64,000 nucleotides of DNA, taken from positions 3,136,001 through 3,200,000 of the forward strand of contig OY970309.1 of the NCBI GenBank assembly GCA_963716395.1. The letters run 5' to 3'. This stretch comes from an uncultured Fibrobacteria bacterium (GTDB lineage: Bacteria > Fibrobacterota > Fibrobacteria > UBA11236). Position 1 is the first letter of the stretch, and each line of letters begins with the position of its first letter. Position numbers and translations under genes: made by a program. Positions 49,090 to 58,452 of the stretch are shown here, piece after piece. A model generated the notes under the pieces. It made no database searches, was not told the origin of the DNA, and was given only the letters and a program-made list of their open reading frames with translations.

Positions 49090-50436
49090 CTACTGGGATT
49101 GAAGTTTGTATTCGTGCAGCTTGTTTCGCAAGGTGCGAATGCTGATTCCCAACATGTCCGCGGCTCGGGTGCGGTTCTGGGCGCAGGCTTCCAGGGTTTT
49201 CAGAATCAACTGCCGCTCGGCGTCGGCCACGGTCATCCCCGCGGAGAGCGCAGCCTGGCGGCCGGACTCGGATTCGGGGCGGGACTCATCCAGCCGCAAA
49301 TGCTCCACGCCGATGTCCCGGCTCTTGGCGAAAACCACCGCGCGCTGGATGACGTTTTCCAGTTCGCGCACGTTGCCGGGCCAGGTGTGCCGGCGAATGC
49401 GCTCCAGGGCTTCGGCGTTGAGGCCGGGCACGGTGAACCCGTTTTCACGATTGTACTTGGCAATGAAATGCTGCGCCAAGGCCTCAAGGTCTTCCCGGCG
49501 TTCGCGCAGGGGCGGCGAACGCAAGGGGATCACGTTGAGGCGATAGTAGAGATCTTCACGAAAACTTCCCTTGTCGACTTCGGCGCGCAGGTCGCGGTTG
49601 GTCGTGCAGAGCACGCGCACGTCGACCGGAACCTCTTCGTCACCACCCACCTTGGTGACTTCGCGCTCTTGCAGCACGCGCAGCAGTTTGGCCTGGGCAT
49701 GCAGCGGCATCTCGCCGATTTCATCCAGCAGGAGGGTACCCCCGTTGGCCAACTCGAATTTTCCCACCCGGGTTTTGACCGCGCTGGTGAAGGCGCCTTT
49801 TTCATGCCCGAACAATTCGCTTTCGACCAGGGCTTCGGGCATGGCGGCGCAATTGATTTTCACGAAGGGCAAGCTGCTGCGGCGGCTGCGGGCATGAAGG
49901 GCCTGGGCCAGCAATTCCTTGCCGGTTCCCGACTCGCCGGTGATGAGTACGGTGGAATTGGATTCGGCCACTTCGTCCACCTGCCGCAGCAGCTCGGCCA
50001 CGGCCGCCGAAGCGCCCACGAAGCGGTAGCGCTCGGAAAGCGCCTCGCGCAGACGCCGGTTCTCGCGCTTGAGCTGGCGCAGGTTCAGGGCCTGCGCCAC
50101 GGTATGCTCAAGTATTTCCACCTCGAAGGGCTTTTCGATGAAGTCCTGCACCCCCAATTTCATGGCTTTGACGGCGGTGCCGATGCTGCCATAGGCCGTC
50201 ATCAGCACGATGGCCAGCCCCGGTTCGGCGCCCAGCAGGCGCTCGGCCAGTTCCAGGCCGTTCGGGCCGGGCATTTTGAAGTCGGAGACCACCAGGTCGA
50301 AGCGCCCGGGTTCAAAGGCTTCGAGAGCTTCGGAGCCGTTGCGGCACAGTTTGACCCGATGGCCGAGCCGGGTCAAGCTCACGTTCAGGAATTCGCGCAG
50401 AATTTCTTCATCGTCGACGACGAGGATTTCAGCCAT
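49090..50436 (-). CDS. sigma-54-dependent response regulator (FleR/FlgR/AtoC-like)
   Basis: ILVVDDE, SDFKMP, GESGTGKE, ELFGHEKGAFTSA, WPGNVRELEN, Fis HTH ending TLRNKL; ATG 50436. Confidence 0.95.
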   Translation of the reverse strand: MAEILVVDDEEILREFLNVSLTRLGHRVKLCRNGSEALEAFEPGRFDLVVSDFKMPGPNGLELAERLLGAEPGLAIVLMTAYGSIGTAVKAMKLGVQDFIEKPFEVEILEHTVAQALNLRQLKRENRRLREALSERYRFVGASAAVAELLRQVDEVAESNSTVLITGESGTGKELLAQALHARSRRSSLPFVKINCAAMPEALVESELFGHEKGAFTSAVKTRVGKFELANGGTLLLDEIGEMPLHAQAKLLRVLQEREVTKVGGDEEVPVDVRVLCTTNRDLRAEVDKGSFREDLYYRLNVIPLRSPPLRERREDLEALAQHFIAKYNRENGFTVPGLNAEALERIRRHTWPGNVRELENVIQRAVVFAKSRDIGVEHLRLDESRPESESGRQAALSAGMTVADAERQLILKTLEACAQNRTRAADMLGISIRTLRNKLHEYKLQSQ

Positions 50437-51688
50437 GCAAAGAGCCTCGCGGATCCAGACGCACCTCGAAGCGGGTCGGACCGCCGGCGCGGCTGCACAC
50501 TTCGATGCGTCCGCCGTGCAAATCGACGATGCGCTGCACGATGGCCAGACCCAGACCGGTGCCCTGTTGCTTGGTGGTGAAAAAGGGGTTGAAGATCTGT
50601 TCGCGGATGTCGTCGGGAATGCCCGGCCCTTGATCGGTGATGGACAGCCGCAGAAAATCGTCGGCATCAAGCTCGGCGGCGACCATGATCACCCCGCCCT
50701 GTTCGCCCGTGGCCTGCACGGCGTTGACCAGGAGGTTGAGCAATACCTGCTGCAATTTTTCCGGATCGATCAACGCTTCGAGCCGGGCAAAGCCGTAGCG
50801 GCGTTCAATGCGCAAGGAGCGGCCGTCGGCCGTGGCTTCGGCCTCGACCGACCGCAACAGCTCTTCGAGCCAGGCCAGAAGTTCCACCTTGCGCAGTTGC
50901 AATTCCAGCGGTCGGGTGTACACCAGCAGGTTCGACACGATTTTGTTCAGGCTGGCCACGCCGTGCACGATGCGATCCACCAGGACGCGGCGGCGGTCGC
51001 CGGTTTCGAGGTCGCGCAGCAGCAGGCCCGCGAAGCCGCCGATGCCGCCCAGCGGATTGCGGATTTCATGCGCCACGGTGGCGGCCATTTCGCCCAGGGC
51101 CGCCAAGGTGCGCGCATGCTGCACCTGCCGCTCCATGAGTTTGTAGGCGGAAAGATCCGAACTCACCTCCACCGCGCCCAGCACGGCGCCGGCCCGATCT
51201 TTGACCAGGGAGGTCGTATACCCGATGGGTTTGCGCGTTCCCCCGATGCTCCAGCCTTTTTCATGCCCGGATGAGTTTTTACCCGTGCGTAAGGTGACCA
51301 GCAGCGGGAAATGCCCGTCGGCTTGATCGGTAAAGACCGTGCGGTAATCTGTGCCGCGCGCGGCGGCGGCGTCCACTCCGTAAATGCGTTCGGCTGCGGG
51401 ATTGAACAAGGTGATATGCTCGTCGCCGTCCACCATGACCACGGCCGAGTCCAGGCTTTCCAAAACCGACTGCATTTGGTTTTGCACCCGTTCGGTTTCG
51501 CCGAGCGCGGCTTCCAGGCGCTGGTTCTTCTCGGCCAATTCGCGCGAGATGCGATCGAATTTGACGCCGAGATCGCGGTAGGCCGACTCCAGGCGGCCTA
51601 CCGTGGCGTTGAACCAGCCCATGACCTCCGCGAACCGTTCCTGGGCTTGCGGCGGAAGCTCCTGCAGACTTTGCGGAGGCGACGCCAT
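50429..51688 (-). CDS. PAS-domain sensor histidine kinase (FleS/FlgS-like)
   Basis: Coiled coil, PAS (FNPAAE), ALGEMAATVAHEIRNPL, PFFTTK-xxGTGLGL; overlaps the regulator start. Confidence 0.93.
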   Translation of the reverse strand: MASPPQSLQELPPQAQERFAEVMGWFNATVGRLESAYRDLGVKFDRISRELAEKNQRLEAALGETERVQNQMQSVLESLDSAVVMVDGDEHITLFNPAAERIYGVDAAAARGTDYRTVFTDQADGHFPLLVTLRTGKNSSGHEKGWSIGGTRKPIGYTTSLVKDRAGAVLGAVEVSSDLSAYKLMERQVQHARTLAALGEMAATVAHEIRNPLGGIGGFAGLLLRDLETGDRRRVLVDRIVHGVASLNKIVSNLLVYTRPLELQLRKVELLAWLEELLRSVEAEATADGRSLRIERRYGFARLEALIDPEKLQQVLLNLLVNAVQATGEQGGVIMVAAELDADDFLRLSITDQGPGIPDDIREQIFNPFFTTKQQGTGLGLAIVQRIVDLHGGRIEVCSRAGGPTRFEVRLDPRGSLHG

Positions 51689-51693
51689 AAAGC

Positions 51694-52134
51694 CTACCAC
51701 CCCGCCCGGTAGCGGCTTACGCGTGCGGCGATATCGCCCGTGTCGCCGCCCGTCTCGGCCGGAGCTTCGAATTGTTCGCGGTGACGCTTTTGAATTTCTG
51801 CGGCCGCGCTTTCCATGGCGTCGAGCAATTCGCCTACCGGTCCCGCGCGCAAGGCTTCGCGTTCCTCCGCGGAAAAGCCCTGCCACCGTTCCATCATGGG
51901 CTGCAATTCGTGCCGCCGCTCTTCGAGGGTATGCAAAACTTCGCGCTGATGCCGCAGGAGGCCGTCGAGGTCGCCGAACACCCCGGAGCGTACGCATTCC
52001 ATGGCCTGCGACTGAATGCCGTCCAATTCCCGGAACAACTCCGCTTCCTGGCGCAGAAGTTCGGTGAAGAGGTCGCGGAATTCGCCGTGGTCGTTAATGC
52101 AAAACCCCCTGATACTCCTTGCGCCAAACGGCAT
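51694..52134 (-). CDS. FlgN-like helical flagellar export chaperone
   Basis: Small all-helical coiled-coil protein directly upstream of an FleS/FleR-like pair; start codon uncertain. Confidence 0.55.
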   Translation of the reverse strand: MPFGARSIRGFCINDHGEFRDLFTELLRQEAELFRELDGIQSQAMECVRSGVFGDLDGLLRHQREVLHTLEERRHELQPMMERWQGFSAEEREALRAGPVGELLDAMESAAAEIQKRHREQFEAPAETGGDTGDIAARVSRYRAGW

Positions 52135-54007
52135 CGTCCTTCTGCCATTTGGCCTGAGCCGCCCAATAGCTGTCGGGATAATTATCGATTACCCGTTGAT
52201 AGGCTTGCAAGGCGGCGTCCCAATCGCCTTGCGCCTTGGAAATGTTCGCCATCTGATACTGCGCCCACGCTGCCTCTTTGGCCTGCGGGTATTTACGCAG
52301 CAAATCGCCGTAGGCGGCCATGGCCGCCGGCCATGCATGCCGCCGGAATTCGAGATCGCCCAATTGCACGGTCGATTCGAGACAGGCCTCAGCCAAGGAG
52401 GTATCGACGCAAGCGGCCAAAGATTTCCGGTAATACTCGGCGGCCTTGCCGTCTTCGCCTTGTTTGGCCCAGAAGGCGCCCAACTTCTGCCGAATCCACA
52501 AGAGGCGCGACGCGTCTTGAATGCCTTTTTCGGCTTGCAGTAAATAGGTGGCCTGATCCTTGGGATCGCCTTCGCTGGCCCGGGCCAAATGGTAAATCAC
52601 TTCCGGACGGGGCGGTCCGAAACCGCTGTCGCGATCCACCTTTTGCAACAGGGGAACGGCTTGCTCGCCTTGGCCCTGGCCCGTCAAGGCCAGCGCCGAC
52701 AGGTAACGCGCGTAGCGTTCGAAACGCCCTCCGGCGTGGTGCGCCAAGTAATCGTCGGCCTGGGCTCCGGCTTGCTGGTACAGGCCCAGCTTGAGATAAA
52801 CGGCCGCCAAATCCACGGGCACGGCTTCGGCATTGGCCGAGCCCGCGAATTGCACCTGCACGGCTTTCAATCCCTGCACACAGCGCTCGATGCGATTGTC
52901 TTCCAACGCTTCGCGCGCCGCTTCGAGAGCTTGCGCGCCCGGGCCGGGCGAAGCCGATATCACATAGAGAATTCCGCCGCCGATGGGATAGGCGGCGGCT
53001 TCGCCTTGCGATTCCGCCGCTTCGACGGCAGCGGGTTTTGAAGGCGCCGTTGTGTCGGGGAGCGTCGTGGGCGGTTTGGTCTTGGCCGGAACCGGGGACA
53101 GATGGGCGCGTAAGGCCTGGATGGCATCTTCGGCTTGTTTGCGGCCGGCATCGCTTTGCGTGGCTTTGACATAGCTCTCATAAGCGGCGATGGCTTCGCG
53201 ATTACGCCCCTGCTTCTGATAAATCCGGCCGAGATAGAAATAGGCGTTGAAGCCCTTGTCGGGATAGGCCGTGCTGCGTTTGAAGTCGTAAATCGCCTTG
53301 TCCAACTCGCCGCGCTCGTAGCGAATCACGCCGCCGAGATAATACGCACCTGGATGGCCCGGCGCTTTGCGCAAAACCACCCGCAGGGTCTTCAGGGCCT
53401 CGTCTTTGTGACCTGCGCGGTATTGCTGGATGGCCGCGTTGAATTCGGGCATAGCGTAGATTCCCGCGGCGGGTTTTGCCGTGGTCGGAGCCGGAGTTGG
53501 TGAGGCGGTGCGCGGTTTGGAAGGATGGGCGCCGGAATCGGCCGGCGCGTGGGCCGCCTGCGGGGCCGGCGGTGGCTCGGCGGGCAGCGGTTCACCGCGG
53601 GCGATTCGTTTCAGATTCTGTTTGGCCGTGTCGACCCAATTTTTTTGCGCGGCGGTATTCGACAACTTGCGCCAGGCATCGAGGGCTCCGTTCTTATCCC
53701 CGGATTTTTCCAGCGCCACCGCCAGCTTGGCCTGCAGTGCCGGGCGTGCCGGATCGCGCCGCAAGGCGGCGCGGTAGCTTTCCAGCGCCCCGTTGCTTTG
53801 ACCCATGCGCAGGCGCAAATCGCCCAACCACTCATAGGCGGCGACGTCATCGGGGTATTCGGACAAGTGCAGACGCAATTCCTGGGCGGCCCGATCCAAT
53901 TGCCCCGATTGCTCCCATTTTTTGGCCAGATCGAGACGCAGATCGGCGGCCGGCTCCGCCGCCGCGAGCGATGCGACCAAGGCCAGGAAAAAAGCGATGC
54001 GCATCAT
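52094..54007 (-). CDS. secreted multi-TPR protein
   Basis: Signal peptide, three TPR blocks separated by Pro/Ala/Thr linkers, YbgF-like C-terminal YPDSYWA. Confidence 0.88.
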   Translation of the reverse strand: MMRIAFFLALVASLAAAEPAADLRLDLAKKWEQSGQLDRAAQELRLHLSEYPDDVAAYEWLGDLRLRMGQSNGALESYRAALRRDPARPALQAKLAVALEKSGDKNGALDAWRKLSNTAAQKNWVDTAKQNLKRIARGEPLPAEPPPAPQAAHAPADSGAHPSKPRTASPTPAPTTAKPAAGIYAMPEFNAAIQQYRAGHKDEALKTLRVVLRKAPGHPGAYYLGGVIRYERGELDKAIYDFKRSTAYPDKGFNAYFYLGRIYQKQGRNREAIAAYESYVKATQSDAGRKQAEDAIQALRAHLSPVPAKTKPPTTLPDTTAPSKPAAVEAAESQGEAAAYPIGGGILYVISASPGPGAQALEAAREALEDNRIERCVQGLKAVQVQFAGSANAEAVPVDLAAVYLKLGLYQQAGAQADDYLAHHAGGRFERYARYLSALALTGQGQGEQAVPLLQKVDRDSGFGPPRPEVIYHLARASEGDPKDQATYLLQAEKGIQDASRLLWIRQKLGAFWAKQGEDGKAAEYYRKSLAACVDTSLAEACLESTVQLGDLEFRRHAWPAAMAAYGDLLRKYPQAKEAAWAQYQMANISKAQGDWDAALQAYQRVIDNYPDSYWAAQAKWQKDDAVWRKEYQGVLH

Positions 54008-54142
54008 GTCGGGACCGGGCCTTCGCAGCGGGATCGCGGGATCGCGGAAATCATCATGGATTTGGGTGCATTATAATCTTTCCGACGGCCCGGGTAAACC
54101 ACCTCGTCGGCCCGCAGCATAGGGATGCAAGCGGGACGGCGA

Positions 54143-55327
54143 TCACTTGCCGGGAAAACGCAACACCCGCACACGCAGCACGTTGTCGATGGCGCGCAGC
54201 GTTGCTTCCAGTCCCGGCGGAAAATCCTGATCGAGATCGATGATGTTGTAACCGATCTTGCCGTTGCTTTCGTTGGTCATGGACTGGATGTTGAGCCCGA
54301 CATTCCCCAAGGCCTGGGTGATATGAGCGATCACGTTGGGCCGGTCGCGGTTGATGACGGTCAGACGCGTGCGCGTCGACCCCTGGGGGAAGACCTCGAC
54401 CACGGGAAAGTTCACCGAATTGGCGATCACGCCGTATTCGAGGTAGTTGCGCACCTGCTTCACGGCCATGACGGCGCAGTTTTCTTCCGACTCCGCGGTG
54501 CTCGCACCCAGATGGGGCGTACAAATCACCCGATCGTTCCCCAGCAAAGCGCGGCTGGGAAAATCGGTGATATAGGTCTGTACCTTGCCGGCTTGCAAAG
54601 CGGCCAGCACAGCCGCGTCGTCGTAAATGCCCTTGCGCGCGTAATTCATCAGAATGACCCCGTCGCGCGTGCCCTGCAATTGCTTGGAGTCGATGAGGTT
54701 ACGGGTTTGATCCGAAAGCGGCACATGCACCGAAATCACATCGGCCGCCCGCACCACGTCTTCGAGCGTATGCGCGACTTCGGCGCGGGCGTTCAAGGCG
54801 TGGAAATTGGCGATGGTGGGAAAGGGATCATAGCCTATCACGTTCATGCCCCGGTCCACGCCGGCGTTGGCCACCAGCACCCCGATTTTCCCCAACCCGA
54901 TCACCCCCAGTGTCTTCCCCATCAACTCGAACCCGGTGTAGTGCGATTTTCCCTTTTCCACCTTTTCGGAAAGGGCTTTTTCGTCGGTTTCTTTCGCCAG
55001 CGACTGGCTGAATTCCAGGCTTTTATGGATTTTGCGCGCCGCGATTCCGAGCATGATGAAAACCAATTCGGCCACGGCGTTGGCGTTGGCGCCGGGCGTA
55101 TTGAACACGCAGACGCCTTTCTCCGTGGCTTTATCCACCGTGATATTATTGACGCCGGCGCCGGCGCGGGCGATGCACAGCGTGGAGGGCAGCAGGTCGG
55201 TGTCGACCGGCGCGCTGCGCACCAGTACGGCATCGGGCGCCTCGGCCTCGGCCGATACGGCGTAAGCGTCGGTGAAAAACTTCAGGCCTTGCGCGGAGAT
55301 ATTGTTCATGGTTTTGACGCGAAACAT
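54143..55327 (-). CDS. serA: D-3-phosphoglycerate dehydrogenase with ACT domain
   Basis: ARAGAGVNN, NTPGANA, GVIGLGKIG, TPHLGAST, C-terminal ACT; ATG 55327. Confidence 0.95.
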   Translation of the reverse strand: MFRVKTMNNISAQGLKFFTDAYAVSAEAEAPDAVLVRSAPVDTDLLPSTLCIARAGAGVNNITVDKATEKGVCVFNTPGANANAVAELVFIMLGIAARKIHKSLEFSQSLAKETDEKALSEKVEKGKSHYTGFELMGKTLGVIGLGKIGVLVANAGVDRGMNVIGYDPFPTIANFHALNARAEVAHTLEDVVRAADVISVHVPLSDQTRNLIDSKQLQGTRDGVILMNYARKGIYDDAAVLAALQAGKVQTYITDFPSRALLGNDRVICTPHLGASTAESEENCAVMAVKQVRNYLEYGVIANSVNFPVVEVFPQGSTRTRLTVINRDRPNVIAHITQALGNVGLNIQSMTNESNGKIGYNIIDLDQDFPPGLEATLRAIDNVLRVRVLRFPGK

Positions 55328-55434
55328 GGTGCCGCCTCGGTTTGGGAAGTCCGAAAAATTAGCTGCGCGTCCGCGCGGCGGCAACCGCCGCCTCGGGTAT
55401 GCTCCGTGTTACCCCGGCCGCGTGGCGACCGGCG

Positions 55435-56133
55435 TTAAGGACGGGGCGGCGGATAGCCGGGAATGGGATCGGTGGTATTCTTATTCGAAGGCTGTAGCCA
55501 CAGCTCATAGGCGGCAAACCCCAAGCCCCCGGCTGCGGCCAGGGCCAGCGGGAATTTCCAGTAAATCGCCTTTTTCTGGTTCTTGAACTTTTGTTCAATG
55601 GCCGGGCTCCACTTGAAATTCATGGCGATCACGCTTTCGTCGTCCTGCACGTCATATTGCAGGTCATAGGGCGTGAACAGACTTACCCGCACTACGTCGC
55701 GAATGTCGGGTTTCAAACCTTCGACATCTTTGTTCAAATCGACTTTGAGGGATTGGATGGTGCTGTTGGTGAAAGGGGGATCGTGAATCGGCGTCATGAT
55801 GCTTTGGCCAACGTGTGTGTCGTAAAAATCGAAGACCACCGCCTTTTTCTGCGCATCATAATAATTGAAATAGGCCGAAGGTCGTTTGGTCAGCAAAAAC
55901 ATGATGCTGATCTCTTTTCCGCCTTTTTCTTTTTGACTGGGCTGCGTGACGTACTGCACGCCTTCGATGGTGCAGATCATGCCTTTTTCCGCCGGGGTGC
56001 GGGTGGGCGCGTCGGGTAAATCGACCAAATCTTCGTATTGGGCGTGTGCAGGAAGCACGGTCAGCCCGGCGGCGAAAACGCCGATTTTCCAGGTCAACCC
56101 CACCCATCGCTTCAAATCGAAATTCCCGCGCAT
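55435..56133 (-). CDS. exported hypothetical protein (AMIN-like middle) with C-terminal TM helix and Pro-rich tail
   Basis: AGGAG RBS, signal peptide, VVFDFYD...VRVSL, tail YWKFPLALAAAGGLGFAAY...PIPGYPPPRP. Confidence 0.7.
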   Translation of the reverse strand: MRGNFDLKRWVGLTWKIGVFAAGLTVLPAHAQYEDLVDLPDAPTRTPAEKGMICTIEGVQYVTQPSQKEKGGKEISIMFLLTKRPSAYFNYYDAQKKAVVFDFYDTHVGQSIMTPIHDPPFTNSTIQSLKVDLNKDVEGLKPDIRDVVRVSLFTPYDLQYDVQDDESVIAMNFKWSPAIEQKFKNQKKAIYWKFPLALAAAGGLGFAAYELWLQPSNKNTTDPIPGYPPPRP

Positions 56134-56184
56134 TGGTCTACTCCTTTTAAAATAGATAATGGCCTAATTTCAAGGGGATTGGAA

Positions 56185-56973
56185 TTAAAAAAGCGGGCGA
56201 ATCGCATCGAAGAGCAGTTTGATCGCCAAGAGTATCCCGGTCACCAGCAAAAAAATGCGGACGAAATTCTCGCCGCGCCGGATTTGCAATTGGCTCCCCA
56301 TGAATCCACCCACACCGGTTCCGGCGGCCAAGGCCGCCGCTAAGTCCCAGCGGATCTTGCCGAAGGCGCCGTAAATCACCAGGGACAACGTGGTTAGAAT
56401 GAACACGTTCAACACCTTTAAAGAATTGCTTTGCAAGAGATTGAGATTGCCCATGCGCGAAAACACATAAAGCATGATCAAACCCACCCCGGCTTGGATG
56501 AAGCCGGAATACAACCCGATGCCGGCGTAGAACAGGAAGGGCCAAAAGCCGGATCGAAGGGTCAGGGCCTCTTCCGTGGCGATTCTCGCCCCCTGGCGGC
56601 GCGGTTTCACGGTTTGGATCACGACGAATAATATGACGGCGGCCAATACCGGTTTGAAAGCCCGGTCGGGTAAAACCACGCCGAGATACGACCCGGCGGC
56701 GGCTCCGAGAAACCCCGGGATGCCGATGCGCAGCGACAGCCCGGGGTAGACCATTCCCCGTCGCCAGAATCCCGCCGTCGATCCCAGGCTTCCCATCCAC
56801 ACGCCCAGGCGATTGGTGCCATTGGCCACGGCCGCAGGCAACCCGAGCCACAGCAAGAGCGGAAGTACCAGTACCGATCCGCCCCCGGAAATGGAATTGA
56901 CGATGGATACCGCGCAACCCGTAAGGAGAAGCAGAACATAACAGGCCGGGGGATGCTGCCAGAAGGCGGTCAC
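56185..56973 (-). CDS. TSUP/TauE-SafE family transporter
   Basis: NSISGGGS, ANGTNR, YSGFIQAGVG; ~8 TM. Confidence 0.92.
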   Translation of the reverse strand: MTAFWQHPPACYVLLLLTGCAVSIVNSISGGGSVLVLPLLLWLGLPAAVANGTNRLGVWMGSLGSTAGFWRRGMVYPGLSLRIGIPGFLGAAAGSYLGVVLPDRAFKPVLAAVILFVVIQTVKPRRQGARIATEEALTLRSGFWPFLFYAGIGLYSGFIQAGVGLIMLYVFSRMGNLNLLQSNSLKVLNVFILTTLSLVIYGAFGKIRWDLAAALAAGTGVGGFMGSQLQIRRGENFVRIFLLVTGILLAIKLLFDAIRPLF

Positions 56974-58418
56974 GGCACCGATTCCCGGCTGCGCACCGCC
57001 GCCAGGGAAATGCCGGGACGATCCTTCTCTTTGGCATACAGCGCCGTGACTTCATGCAGCGCTTCGGCAAAGGCGTTGGGAACCCCCCATTGGCCTTCAC
57101 CCAATTGCTCGGCTTGGGATAGAAAAGACTGCAACTGGATTAAATCGAAATGTGAGGCGTCGATACGGCGGCGAAAATACACATGGTCTCCCCAGTTCTT
57201 CTGCCGAATCCACCCCAGTTCTTTCAGCGGCAAGGCCAACTGCAAGATGCGCTCGGGCGGCTGCCCCAAAAGCTGGGCGACTTCGGCGCCCGCCACTACG
57301 CCGCGTCGCAGGTCGAGCAAATCCCACAGCGCGATCACCTCGCTGATCGAGGCGGGGCCTTCCGGAGTCACGCTTAGTCTATCGGCCGTCCGGGAGTCGG
57401 GAGCGTACAGGCGCTGTTGGAGAAAAGCCACGGCCGCGCCGAATAAGGCCGCAGCCCAGAAGAAATAAATCAGCAGCAGGAGAACGGGAAGAATGGCCAG
57501 GGAACCGTATAAAAATCGGTTTTGTGCCAACAGCAATTTGGGAAAAAGAAACAGCAGTCGGGAAAAAAAATAGATGATGGCGGTGGAAACCGTGGCGCCC
57601 AGCCAGGCCGGCTGCAGACGCACCCGGGCATTGGGGAGGATGTAAATCATCATGCCCAAGCCCAGCCACATGAATACCAGCACTCCGGCCGCACCGAATA
57701 TGAAGAAGCCGCCATGGGGAATAAACGCCGGTAAGCCGCCCGAGAAATCCCAGTTTTTGAAGGCGTTCCGGGCCTTGAGCAAAAGGCGTGCGCTCAGCAG
57801 CACCAAGGCTACCAGCAACGCCAGAAACGGGGTGTAAATCCGGAAACGGGCCCACCAATTGCGCACGCGCCGCACATTCCAGACCCGGTTCACACCCGAC
57901 TCGATATTGCTGATGGACAGGAAAAATCCGAACAACAGGCCCAACATGCCCCCGCTGCTTAGACGGTGAAAGCCCAGGCGCTGCGCACGCTCCAGACTGT
58001 GCAAAACCGGTTCGAGGGGGAGATCGAGATTAAAAGAAGAGGTTACATAGGGGACGAGATGCGACATCAAATTCAAGTACCCGAGTTTTCCGGCCACGGC
58101 CGACAGAAAGACCACGAAGGGTATGAAGGTGATTAAGGTGGTAAAGGTCAGGGCGGCCGCGCGCATGGGAACTTCGTTGACCGAGAAGCTCACCGCGGCC
58201 AGAAACAGCACGCGCAGTAATCTCGCCGCCAAGGCGTGGGGACCATTATGCAGGGGATCGCCGGCCCGGCGCAACCTCCGCCACAAATGGTCTTCGCCGC
58301 GGGTCCATCGCTGCCACGCCTTGTTGGCGCGCAACAAAACGGTGCGGGATTCGTTGCTAACTTTGGGACTTTTCAAAGAAGGCGTTTTCCCCTTGAAGGC
58401 CGCCGGTTCGGGCGTCAT
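56970..58418 (-). CDS. YihY/virulence factor BrkB-family membrane protein with C-terminal HTH-like extension
   Basis: AAALTFTTLIT, IESGVNRVW, ILPN, LYGSLA-xLP; ATG 58418. Confidence 0.88.
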   Translation of the reverse strand: MTPEPAAFKGKTPSLKSPKVSNESRTVLLRANKAWQRWTRGEDHLWRRLRRAGDPLHNGPHALAARLLRVLFLAAVSFSVNEVPMRAAALTFTTLITFIPFVVFLSAVAGKLGYLNLMSHLVPYVTSSFNLDLPLEPVLHSLERAQRLGFHRLSSGGMLGLLFGFFLSISNIESGVNRVWNVRRVRNWWARFRIYTPFLALLVALVLLSARLLLKARNAFKNWDFSGGLPAFIPHGGFFIFGAAGVLVFMWLGLGMMIYILPNARVRLQPAWLGATVSTAIIYFFSRLLFLFPKLLLAQNRFLYGSLAILPVLLLLIYFFWAAALFGAAVAFLQQRLYAPDSRTADRLSVTPEGPASISEVIALWDLLDLRRGVVAGAEVAQLLGQPPERILQLALPLKELGWIRQKNWGDHVYFRRRIDASHFDLIQLQSFLSQAEQLGEGQWGVPNAFAEALHEVTALYAKEKDRPGISLAAVRSRESVP

Positions 58419-58452
58419 CGGTTGCCCAGGCAAATTAAGAAACCGCAACGCG

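Noticed and set aside
54029-54048. GGATCGCG tandem duplication upstream of the TPR gene
   Set aside because: Only about two copies; no support for a contingency repeat
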